A stretch of DNA of 64,000 nucleotides, from NCBI GenBank assembly GCA_964187785.1, contig OZ076409.1:49664001-49728000 (forward strand). The letters run 5' to 3'. Positions 1 through 11,189 of the stretch are shown here, piece after piece. Made by a program: the position numbers and the translations under genes. The stretch's first letter is position 1. The number at the start of each line of letters is the position of its first letter. A model generated the notes under the pieces. That model did no database searches. It was not told the DNA's origin and saw only the letters and a program-made list of their open reading frames with translations. The stretch is from Amphiscolops sp. MND2022. Lineage: Eukaryota.

Positions 1-450
1 AGGAAGGGGTGAAGAAAGAAGTTTGGAGATATTCACCTGAAATAGATTAGTTTGTTTACATTTAAATTTCTTTTTAAGTTAGATTTTTATTGTTGACATT
101 TTTTTGATGTACTTTATTGTGTTATATCTTTTTAATTTTAGGATTCAAGTTAATGTGTTTTGGAAATCTTTTGAAGAGTTTTTAAATATCTTTCATTTGA
201 GGTCTTATTTGTTAAAATTGGGTAATTAAAAGGAGGAGCATTTGAAGAATTTTGTTAAAAATTTTTATGTTCATAGTAAAAATTTTTGTATTATTCTAAA
301 TTAAAGGTGTATTTTATTGGTTAGAATAGACTATAATTGTGCTCAGCAAGCATAATTAAGTAAGTACAAGTTGATTTGACAGGTTACAGGTTATTAAAGA
401 ATTGAGAGTCAAGTGTGAAAATTATTAAAGCTATTATCCATAATAACCAG

Positions 451-1402
451 TTAAGATTGTTGGAGTTTTTTAAAGGTGTAGTTGATTTCATCAAAGGATG
501 TGCGTATGCACGAAGCTGATTGGCTAACTCTCGTCGTATCCAATGCTATATTTTGCAATAGGTCTCGGGCTTGTTCGAGTGTATTAACTATATCAGAAAT
601 AGTAATAAGTATAACCTTTTTGGGGTTATGATATGGTTTTAAAATGTCCAATAATTGTTTATAGTTTTGTATTTTTTCGGTAGGAGGAAAACTTTCTGGT
701 TGAGGAATGTCATATGTTGGTTTCTTTAAAGGTTCTTGATTTGTTCTTTTATGTTCTTTCATATTTCCTTTTGTAAGGATTGAAATGAGATGAGAAATAA
801 TGAATCATAATTCATTATTGGAATATCCCTTTTTTGCGATAGCGTAACAATAAGATTTTTTCACAGTCTCCAAGAGGTTGGGAGGCAATGGGTTGAATTG
901 GAGGAATTTTGAGGAAGAGGGTCTGATATACCTTTGTGTATATCTTCTTGTAATAGCGAATCATCATTCAAAATGAGATATTCTTGTGGTACTATAATTG
1001 GTCTTTTTGGATTATCATTTAGAAGGAAAAGAAAACTTTGTTTCAATGGGTCGTAATTCCTTGTTTTTTTTTAGTGTGATCTATTAGGTAGTCTCAGTTT
1101 AAAGTGAAAGGCGATGTATACTTCGAATTGAAGAAAATATAATTTTCAGGTTCTTTGTATTTGAGAAATTTTTGGTACGTAATTTGATGAGATTTCTTTA
1201 TCTGGTATGGCAAAAAATTAGCATCATTCTCTTCAGTTCTGATATCATACGGAAATAGTCTGAGGAAATTATATTGAAGAGAGAAATTTTTCACTTTGTT
1301 ATTTAACCACCAATCATATGGGGTAATTAATTTTGAAGCAATTGAAGTATGATAATCGTTTTTAAATTCTCTGATGATAAATTTGCATTTTGTTGGAATC
1401 AT
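451..1402 (-). pseudogene. Probable single accessory ORF broken into fragments 1402-1094, 1046-861 and 762-451
   Basis: ATG at 1402, 33 bp after the preceding stop. The fragments are colinear and can be joined through a premature stop and a frameshift in an A-run (~1063-1072). Confidence 0.35.
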
Positions 1403-1435
1403 ATATTAGGAAGGTAAATGAAATTGGAATGTGAA

Positions 1436-1747
1436 TTATTTTAAAGATAAAATGGGAATTAAATCACAATCTCGATCTTCATCTTGTTTTGATGGTTTTG
1501 TGAAAGGAGGACAAGCGCCAGATTCCATAAAAGGTTTATCGGCGATTATATCTGGGTATTTTCGTTTTTGAGATTTTGCGTTTATATGATCAATTTGTTC
1601 AACTGGAATGGTTTCCATGGGTTCTTGAATTTGTGAAGATGAATTATCATTTTCGTTAACATTTTGTTGAATGGTTATATTCAAAGGGGATGCAAGCAAT
1701 TCAGAGGGACTAAAGTTAACTACATCAATTTCAGGCAAGGATTCCAT
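1436..1747 (-). CDS. Small ORF downstream of env, unknown function (103 aa, acidic/disordered, KRK basic patch)
   Basis: ATG-initiated, same strand, closely spaced with neighbours. Confidence 0.4.
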   Translation of the reverse strand: MESLPEIDVVNFSPSELLASPLNITIQQNVNENDNSSSQIQEPMETIPVEQIDHINAKSQKRKYPDIIADKPFMESGACPPFTKPSKQDEDRDCDLIPILSLK

Positions 1748-1854
1748 TATTTTAACTTGCGTGATTTTGTAGCGCTAAAATAATAATTTTACTTAACGTA
1801 TGAAGTTTGAACACATAAAATAGTTAGTGTTTAAAGTTTAATTTATTCATTCGT

Positions 1855-2127
1855 TCAAATTTTTGTTTGTAAAAACAGAGTTAAAATACTTACAGTTTTG
1901 CAATACTTGTTGATCAGTTGTGAGTTCAAAACATCAACAATCACAGTGGCATCTATTCCAGGAATAGAGACTTCTGTAATTTTGCGGTTTAGAGGGAGCC
2001 AAGAATCTTTCCAAGTGGAGAGTGATGAACCAAGTGAAGTTGTTCGGGTTGAATCGAGGTGGGCAACTGTCCAAGTGAGAAGTTTTGGGTAGAATGAAAG
2101 TAATTTTGTGAGGTTATTTGTTGTCAT
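1855..2127 (-). CDS. Small ORF downstream of env, unknown function (90 aa)
   Basis: ATG-initiated, same strand as the element, starts ~73 bp after the env stop; no recognisable motif. Confidence 0.4.
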   Translation of the reverse strand: MTTNNLTKLLSFYPKLLTWTVAHLDSTRTTSLGSSLSTWKDSWLPLNRKITEVSIPGIDATVIVDVLNSQLINKYCKTVSILTLFLQTKI

Positions 2128-2200
2128 TTTTGTGAACTTTTTTCAGCTTGATTTGTTTTATTTGGTTATTATCCTTTCCTTTTGGTTATTATTCTTCTTG

Positions 2201-5200
2201 TTAGGAGGAATTAAATTTTATGAAAACTTTTGCGGGGCTTTCCGGTGAAGCTATTGCATTTTGTACTAAGGCGTCATAATCCTGGGAACTTTGTGGTGTT
2301 TTAATATCAATAATTTTGTTTGGGTGTGTCTTTTTTGGTGATTGAAAGGTTGAATTTTTACTTGTATATTTAGGAGGTAAAGAAGGGGAGTCATTATCAG
2401 AGTATCTTTTCATTGGATTGTGTGTTTCTTTTTCGGATAACAGGATATGATCATTTTCACTAGTGATAATTTTGTGTTTAGTATATAGCCGTTTACGTTT
2501 TCCTGTATTATTTGAATCGGTAACCATTTCCAATGTGACTATATTAAAGAATCCATGGGCTATTGAACTCAAAATGGAAATGTTGCTTTGGAGATTATAT
2601 TTTATACTAATTGTCCTGTAGAATCTGAGTAGGAAAGTTAAAACTTTTCTTATAAAAAGAAAGGTAGAGAAATAAATTCAACATTATGTTAAAATATAAC
2701 ATGGGTATCCGAATAAATTAATGAACGCTTGACTAAACCAGTTAGGGTTGAAGAGTAGTAAAAGGTTTAACAAATGATCATGTAATCAAATCCTTAAATG
2801 ATTATGAGGATTTGATCCTGTGTGGGAGTGTTGTTCACTATGCATTGTAATGAAATCGTAATTTAATGATTTTTCAAGTATTTGGAGAGTTGTATCTGAG
2901 TGTTTTGCGGATAATTTTCTATTCCAGAATTGATCTAATTCTGCATTTGAGTGAAAACCGGCATCTTGAGCTGTGAATGTATTGGGTGTTATTGTTGTCT
3001 TAATTTGAGTGGGTTTAAACATTTGTGGTGGTTCCCTTTTTAGCGGGTCTGGTGTTAACACAAAAAAATCTCCGTCATCTGCATGTGGGTCTAATTCAAT
3101 AATATTTTGTGGGTTATTTCCACATTCTATTGGTGTGGCATAATTAAAAGTTTGTCTCGTTATGGGGTCTACATACATGATAGTTTCTCTATAGTGTATG
3201 GGAATTCTATCAAAGCATTTGTCTGCTTTGTATAGTGGTGATATGAAATGAGGGCAATCATACAGCCATGCTGTAGATCCGTCGACAGAAAAGAAGTTAC
3301 TGCGATTTCCAGTTAGAAGGAAACCGGCTAATTGAAGGTTCTTAACTGACATAGCTAAGATTGTTAACAGTTGTGTTCTTTCTAGTTCACATACTGCGTG
3401 GAGAGTGTTTAGTTCTTGTACTGTCATTGATTTGAATACGTGATTTATTGTGAAGTCAATTTTTATATTGATATGAGCATCGTAATCTATGGTAGCGAAA
3501 TTATTTGATATATTTAATGCAGGGAATATATACTTTTGATTAGAATTATCAAATTGTATTTTTCCACTAATATTTTGGTCAATTATTGAATGTGGTTTTG
3601 GCTTTCCAGTATTCATATCCAAACCATATAAATAAGTAACGAAAATGTCGTCGTATTGTGTTGAATATAGTGGTTCTGGTTTTCCACAAAAGGTTTGAGC
3701 AATGGGATATATTTCAAATCGAGAAAGATTTGGATTGTCTACAGTTGATTGTGGTGTTTTGACATTGGGGTATTTTGTTCCTTTTATTCCTTCGGTCTGA
3801 AGGTGTTTTGTGATATTTGAGGAATCGATAAAGTTATCTGTTTCTATTCAATAACGGTCTTTAATTCTTGTCATTCTTCCAATGAATTCCTGTAATCGAA
3901 AGATGAGGCAAAATTTTTCATCAAACCATGTTAATATGTATGGAGTTCTTGTAGTGGGTTTACAAAATCCATCTGAATGATAACATGGTAATATATACCC
4001 ATCATGAATTATTTGATTATTTTTATTGTCATAGGTTATTTCAGCATTAGTTATTCTGAGTTTCCAGCTTTGTCGGGTTATTAAATGTTCTTTGTCGCTT
4101 CTATATCTTGAATAATGATTTTGTGTAAAATTAACTAAGCAGTCTCGGTAATGTTCATCATATACGAATGTTCCAATATGCCAAGCATTTAATTTGTTGA
4201 CTCTAAATGGTTGTTGAACTCGTTCAATTTTGTTTTGATAATCACTGTCGTCAAAAAATGAGAAGGAACTTTGTATGTTGTAATTGTTTAATTCATTACT
4301 ATCGGTTGCGTTTAAACATCTTATCATGTTTTTACATTCAATAGGGTCAAGTACTTTCAGAAGTTCTAATGTATTTTGTCCCCATTGTAAATGATCATAT
4401 CGTCTACTGGATGAAAATGTTTGGGAACACCAAACCTTTTCTGTTTTTATATATGCTTCACATTTGAAGGCTTCGATTCTTTTTGCTTTTGCTCCAACAT
4501 ATACTGTTGCTTGAGTTTTCGTATGTTGTGTGTCTGAGGGTGCTTGTTTACATGGTTCAACATTTATTAAGCTGAATTGTCTTAAGTTGTTTTGTTTTGC
4601 ACAGTCATAACGGGATACCAGAAGGTTTATTACGTTTGGGTCTTGTGGTGAAATATGGTTTTCTGGGTTTGTTGTATCAACTTTAGGAACTGATGTAGAG
4701 TTAACAATGTGTAATATATACAATTTGTGTTGAAAGGTATATTTTGCATTGTTAAAACATAGTTCTATAGTTAGGTCCTGAGAAGGGGTTAAAGAAGTTT
4801 ATTTGACCTGTTCTAAGTTCTGGTAATTCAGCGTCACAAAGATAAGATTTTGATGTGACTAAAAATGGTGAGGGAGTTGTTTTATGTGCTACTCTTGTTG
4901 AAAGAGAGAATGGATGGGGCTTTAAAGAGTTGAATGTAACTTCGACTTCACATTTTAATGTTAATTGAGTTTCTTGTAATCTTCGTAGTTCTCTTTGTTT
5001 TCTTGAGTTTGAGAGAGAGCTATTATTTTTAAATCTAATAGGGAGTACTGTGTATCGAGGATCTTCGTTAAGACTACGAATAACCGTTGAATTAACACGG
5101 ATGGGATATTCGTGTGGGTTTGGTGTAGGAGGTCTCGAATATTCTTCTAAAGTGTATTCAGGTAATTGTATCGATGAATCAGATAGTATTGAACTAGGTG

Positions 5201-6150
5201 AATAAACTCGTGAAAAGTTTGCGGCGCTATCTGATATAGTGTGAGGGTCTTCCAAAATAAGAGATGCTGATTCAAATCCTGATGTGACTTGAGATGGTAA
5301 TGATAAGGAAGATTCTATTGTGGGATGAGATGAGGAAAGAGAAGGGGTGTCTGGTCGGGGTTGTGCTTGTTGTCTGACTAGTCTTGAGTTTGTACTAGAA
5401 CTAGTTAAAAATGATAATTCTTGAGAAAATCTTAGTTGTTGAGTTGAAGGTTATAACTATGTCTTGGTACTCGGGTACTAGCTGTCGAATCAGAGTCTTT
5501 ATCTTTATGGTATAAGTCTGTTAAGGAAGAGGTTGTGGTTGATTTTAGACGTTCTAATTTTGGATATAAATGAGAGAATGTAAATGAACTTATATCAGAT
5601 GGTGAATTAGTTGTATGTTCTCGTATAGTTTTAATTGGAGTTTGACTTGTTGATGGTATAGGAGTATTCTTTGGTAATGTTGGTATCGGAGTTTTTCTAA
5701 TTGTTTTCGTTGCGGTTGGTATTCTGTGTGAACAGGAGCTAATGTATTGAAGAACTGAATCAGGATCAGGGATATGAAGAGTACGGATAGTAGGAATAGG
5801 TGGAAAGGGGGTCTATTTATGATACTTGAAGTATCTTGCACATTAAAGGTAAATGATTCATCACACGAGTCACTTACAGGTGAATTTGTTTCTAAAAATG
5901 GCAAATTTTGTGATTGATTTGTTGTAGTTGTTGTTTGAGTTTAGAGTATTGGAGTATTATGAGGCGTTGCTGTTATTCTATCGGGAGAATATGGAGCGGA
6001 TGGACTAGGGTTTGAGGGCGAGGAATCCAGTATGTCTGTATCTGAATTTAGATATGCTGTATATTCAGGTAGTGTTTGGAATGAATGGGTTGAACTAGAT
6101 GATAAATTGTTTCTAACTGATGAAGGTGAAGGTCTATGGCTATCAATCTT
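2201..6150 (-). pseudogene. env: env-like ORF: Ser/Pro/Thr-rich N-terminal part, Cys-rich class III-like glycoprotein ectodomain, TM segment and cytoplasmic tail (disrupted)
   Basis: ORFs 4723-3848 and 3622-2786 carry YDC, CEAY..VWCSQTF, ECKNM, LPC....GFC, WF...FC, CELERTQ, WLYDCP, KCFDRIPI, YVDPITRQ, IEC. A hydrophobic stretch LFGYPCYILT*C*IYFSTFLFI (~2650-2720) is in frame with the 2572-2201 tail. Start is uncertain. Confidence 0.75.
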
Positions 6151-6475
6151 GAAGTATTATATTGTAATTTGCAGTTCTTTTTCTAATCATAAGTTTCACT
6201 AATATTCTCAATTTTTTAGCTATCTTAAATAAAGCTATCTTATGTTCTCAAATGCTATCTTCTTTTTAGTGTTCCTTTTTCAGGTTACTACTTATCTTTA
6301 TTTGTTTCGAGCTTCTTCATTCAACTTTCATTCAGCAGGATTTTAGAGAAAATGAAATCAGGTCCTTTTCACCAAGGAAAAGTCGATAATCTTTTCGTGG
6401 TTGTGGGCGGAAATCGTATCTGTCATGGGTGTGTCTTCGGGGATTAATATAATTGTCATAGTCGTGAATATTTGA

Positions 6476-7900
6476 TTAGTTTTCTGGGTTGGTGTAACTG
6501 ATTTGTTGTTTATTTTGTTGATACGGAAATGAAGAGTATTGGGTAATTGATTCCGGTTGGAAGTCAACTGTGGATGGTATTTCCGTTTCTTTATTGGAAT
6601 TATTAATTTCGTCTTCAACTAATTCTTCTTCATCTGAAAAAGACACAAAAGGAATTATTGAGTCGTTTGTACTTGAGTTATTATTATCAGTATTATTATC
6701 AGTAGAATGTGGGTTATATTTTTGAAAGGAAGGGAAAACGATTGGTTCTTTTGGGTAGTAAGGAACTAATTGGTTTCTATGTATAAGAGAAGTATAACCA
6801 TCTTGATTAACAATTTCATTTGTAATGTCAGAAATTTTATTAATGATTTTAAATGGTCCAATTCTGAGTGGCCTTAGTTTATCTGAAAAATGAACATGGA
6901 GAAAATTTCTTTTTAATACAAAGGTATCGATGTCTAATGGTCTTAATGAAATAAGCAAATGAATTTATTTTTCTTTTTGTATTTTCATATACTGTAAGGT
7001 AAATTTGTATCATAGCTGTTTCCGTAGCCAGAATCCATTGTGGAATTGGTTTTGATAAGATTTTATGGAAGAAGGGGTTTAAGTTTGATATGTCATAGTG
7101 TGTATGAAGTGGTAATTTCTGACAAAGTTGAGATGTACAGTTTCTATAAGTATCTCGTTGGAGATTGAGTTCAAAATTGATTGAGATTCTTGGTATAGTG
7201 TGAAATACTATTTCGTATGGCGAAAGATTTAATTCAGAGAGTGGTTGTGAAGTATGTGCATAGTCGTACATATGGACTTGGGTGGACCAGTTTACAGGTG
7301 TATTATGTAAGAAAAGTCGAAGATGGGTTCCAAGATTTTTATTTTGATTTTCTACTAAACCATTTGTCCATGGTGGGTAAAGTGTTCTTGGTGAACGTTC
7401 CCATTGTAGTGCAAAGGTTTGCAAGTTCAGAATTAATATATTCTGAACCACGATCTGCAACTAAATACACGGGGGGTCCAAATTTAGTAGTCCAATGATT
7501 TAGTAGAGAGTTGACAGCGTTTTGGGCATTGTTTTGTTTAACAGGTACTGTTACTACAAAGTGGCTAAAGCGTCTAATATCACATGATTATATGAACTTT
7601 GATCAGATGGTGGATTTACAGGGCCTTTTGTATCCATTGATATTCGATAGTTGAAATATGAAGCATTTTCTGAAAATTTTTGTATTGTTGCAGTTTGAAT
7701 TTTTTGGTTAATGTGTTTGTTTTGTTGACATTCAATGCAATCATGAATGAATGTCGATATCCATTTATTATAAATGGTATAAAATAAAATTGATTAAAAG
7801 CTTTTATGGAAATTTTAATTCCTGAATGTCCATGTGCATGGAGTTTATTAAAAGCTGCATAAAGAGTTTAATTGGTAGACATATTTTGTCGTTTTGATTT
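6476..7900 (-). pseudogene. pol: Integrase (HHCC, DDE core, GPF module), frameshifted
   Basis: HAHGHSG...CIECQQNK (~7730-7840), RISMDTKGP (~7620-7650), VADRGSEY (~7435-7465), NGLVENQNK (~7340-7370), LRIGPFKII (~6840-6870). Confidence 0.9.
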
Positions 7901-8462
7901 GGGTTTGAATCATGTATATTAGGATAACATATGTGGATGATTTTTGTTTCATGATTTATGTACAATTGGTGGAAGAGTTTGTAGTAAACTGATAGGAAAG
8001 AGTTACTTGCTATTGTTGGATCTTTTTGTAAAGGTCTTTCGTTAATTTGTAACCAATGATAAACTTTTTGTAGAACGGGATTGTGTGTTTGTTGTGATTT
8101 TATAGTTCCAATTGTTATTGGGGTATCTTCTGGGAGGAAGAAATAATGAAAATATTTTTTATACTTAGTGAAGGATGGATCAAAAAATGGAACTTGTCGA
8201 TTGTAATAATCAGATTTAGTGGGATATTGTATTGCAAAGGTTTATTCTTTTAATGTATTTGTGTTCTGATCTTTTATATCTTGTGGTTGATTTGGTTTGT
8301 CTTCATGGCTAAGAATATCAGTATCATTAAGGATAGTTGATTGTTGTAGAAGTGATTTTGCTTTATTCTTTGTGGGTCTCTTGTATTTAGATTCAAATGG
8401 AACAATGGATTGAAATGAAAATTAATCTGAAGGTTTTATATGAATATCTTCTCCTTTGTTGT

Positions 8463-9080
8463 TTATGCGAATGGAAAATTGATCTTCTCCATAGTCAGCG
8501 AGAATAGGGTGGCAATCATTTTTTTATTGTATTTGATTTCTTCATGTTTCACTAAGTAGTGTACAGGTTTGAGTTGGTTGTCTTTCATAATAGAGAAATT
8601 GATTTGAGGTGGCAATTGTTTGTGTCGTAATCGATGTATTTGAAGTTGTTTTTTGGTAAAGGTTTTTGAAAGCATATCTGCTACAGTTAAGTTTTTTCCA
8701 CGGGTGTGAATAATTTTGAGTTTTGAAAACTTTGTGAGTTGCATTTGTTCTCTATAAAATCTTGGGCTAAGGTTTCCCTTTTCGGCAAAACAGTGTAATA
8801 AAGGTTTGTGATCTGTAAAGATGTATATTGGATGAGGAGATCCAAAAATGAGAAATTCGTATATTTGTAAGGCATAGACTATTGCAAGAAATTCTCGGTC
8901 TAATGTTGAAAGTTTTTGTTCGTGGGTGTTGAGGATTCGTGAGTTCTGAGAAATAACTTTCATTTTATTTTCTTCGTTCATTTGGAATAGAACTGCGCCT
9001 ATGCCAACTGAGGAAGCATCAACTGTTATGAAAAATGGATGTTTGGTATTGGGTATGGTTTTTTCGGTGTCTGCCGTCAA
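8463..9080 (-). pseudogene. pol: RNase H domain of Gypsy pol
   Basis: ITVDASSVGIGAVLFQ...DREFLAIVYAL...IFTDHKPL...GKNLTVADMLS are typical Ty3/Gypsy RNase H motifs. Confidence 0.93.
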
Positions 9081-9084
9081 CGAA

Positions 9085-10020
9085 TTTTTAACATCTTGGA
9101 ATATTTTTTAAAATTGAGGTGTTTATTGGAAATTTACGTCGTCGTTTAAAAATGTATATAGCGGTTTGAGATTTATATGAAGTTTTTCAATGAATTTGGA
9201 TTGGAAATTTACGCTTCCTGAAAACTGCATAACATCTTTCTTATATTTGGTGATCGGATTCTTTTTATGGCTTCAATTTTTGATGGGATTGGTTTAATTG
9301 TGTTATTTCCTTTTTCATGTCCAAAAAATTTTACTTTAAGTAACATGTAAAATGATTTTCCAGGTGAATATATATCATCAATTTATACTAGTGCAGAACG
9401 TTTATCTGTGAGTGATCGAAAGAAGGTTGACATCTGTTTTGTGAAAAAGTTTGGGAGCCCTTTTAATCCATAGAATCCATGGATAAAGGTATATATTGTG
9501 TCTCTGAAAATCCCGTGAGTTTGATTGTTTCTTCATCTAATGGAGTATGCGCATATGCGTACATTAAATCAATGGTTTGTTTGTATTTCTTGTTAGCTCT
9601 GGCTAATTGGGGCGCTAAAGGTTCAATGGGCCAAGATTCAAGTTCTTGATTAGTGTTTGAATTTAAGTGTCTTGCATCTAGAACAACTTTTATTGAGTCT
9701 CCTTTAGGAATAACAATTAAAGGGTTTTAAAATGTTGTTCCAATTGTGTGTTTTTCATCTTACAAAGAGCCAATTTGTTTTATTGTATTATATTTCTCAA
9801 GTTCTGTTAAGAGTTTGTTTAATCTATCTCGATAGTGAATTGGTACCTTAGAGGGTCTTTGCGTTTGCAGTTTACAATTTTCTTTAATTCTAGTTCTGAA
9901 AGGAATAGAAATTTTTCCTGCAATCGTTTTGTGTTTAGCGTAACAATGTTGGTTGTTTATAAGAGTATTGCAGAGGTTTACATATCCAGTATCAGTCAAA
10001 TCTGAGTATTCGAATTAAAG
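9085..10020 (-). pseudogene. pol: Reverse transcriptase (inactivated)
   Basis: Manual translation gives PLIVIPKGDSIKVVLDARHLN, IDLMYAYAHTPL, GFYGLKGLPNFF and LV*IDD (YIDD with Tyr codon turned to TAA, 9374-9385), then KVKFFGHE. There are frameshifts and an apparent deletion after IDD. Confidence 0.9.
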
Positions 10021-10599
10021 TTTTTTATAAACTGCTGATTTTCTGCAGTATATGGTAGGGAAGGAAAGTCTTTTCTAATTTTATCTGAAGGTCGAAGATT
10101 TCCTGTGACAGAAGGTATAGGTCATTGAAGTGTTTTGTGATTGATTTCTATTTTATTAGTTTCTAATAAGGATTGTGGAATTACTCGAGTACATAAATTC
10201 ATATCTGTATAATCATTTTGTTTAATTGGATTAGTAGTATCAGCATGATAGGTATGTATTACTGATTGAATGAGTGAGTTTACGTCTTGAACTCTATAAT
10301 GAGGAGGTGTTGTTTGAATGATAGGAATCTCTGTGTATCCAATAATTCCTCGTGGTAGTGTAGCTGGATGAGAAGTGAATTTTTGAATTACTGTAGAGCA
10401 TGAGTCTTTATTTTCATCATTATGATCATGTCTAATAGATGAAAACATCTTTAAATTTTTGAAAAAAGTATGTATATGGAATTGATGGGTAGAAATTAGT
10501 ATTATCTTCTAGTTCAATGTGTAAGTTGAGATAATTTTTGATTGGGAAATCTATAGTTTTTCCTGACCTCGGTTTAAAGTGAATTGGTTCTTTACATTT

Positions 10600-11050
10600 A
10601 ATGGTATAAATGGATGGATATATGGGTAATCTTTTTCTGTGAATGTCGAAAAATTTTGAATGTTGTTCTTTATAAGTCATAATGTTTTGTTGAGAGTCTA
10701 AATTTTGAAAATTTATCTTGAAGAAAGGTGCTCCAAGATTATTGTACTTAATGTTTGCTACTGCAAATTCAATATTGAAAGATCTATTTTGATGATTTAC
10801 TTCGGTAAAGCATGTCATTGAAACCTAATGTACTATTGGTACTTCAGTTTGGTTGGCAACTGTAAGAGTTTTTGCTCGTTTATTTTCAATCTCCCTTGGA
10901 ACATTAAGGTTTAATTGTTTTGCAATTACAAGAAATGTTGGTAGGTTTAAAACTGAAATAGAAGCTCCAGTATCTAAGAGAAATAGAATTTCTAATTTTG
11001 AAGGTAATATGTTGTCTTTTCTTTCAGAAGCATGTATATATAGTGGATAA
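10600..11050 (-). pseudogene. Retropepsin-like aspartic protease (disrupted)
   Basis: Minus-strand translation FLLDTGASISVLN at ~10950-10985; downstream IEFAVANIKYNNLGAPFF is the ILG.F-type motif. Confidence 0.85.
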
Positions 11051-11189
11051 AACTACCTATAAGGAGTAATTGTGTTTGCAATTTCAGTGATTTGACATGT
11101 GTGAACTTCAAATTTAGTACTATCTTTGTCATTAGTAGATTTAACATCTTCTTGATTGATTCTGTTTTGTTGTCTGTTCTGTGAAGGCG

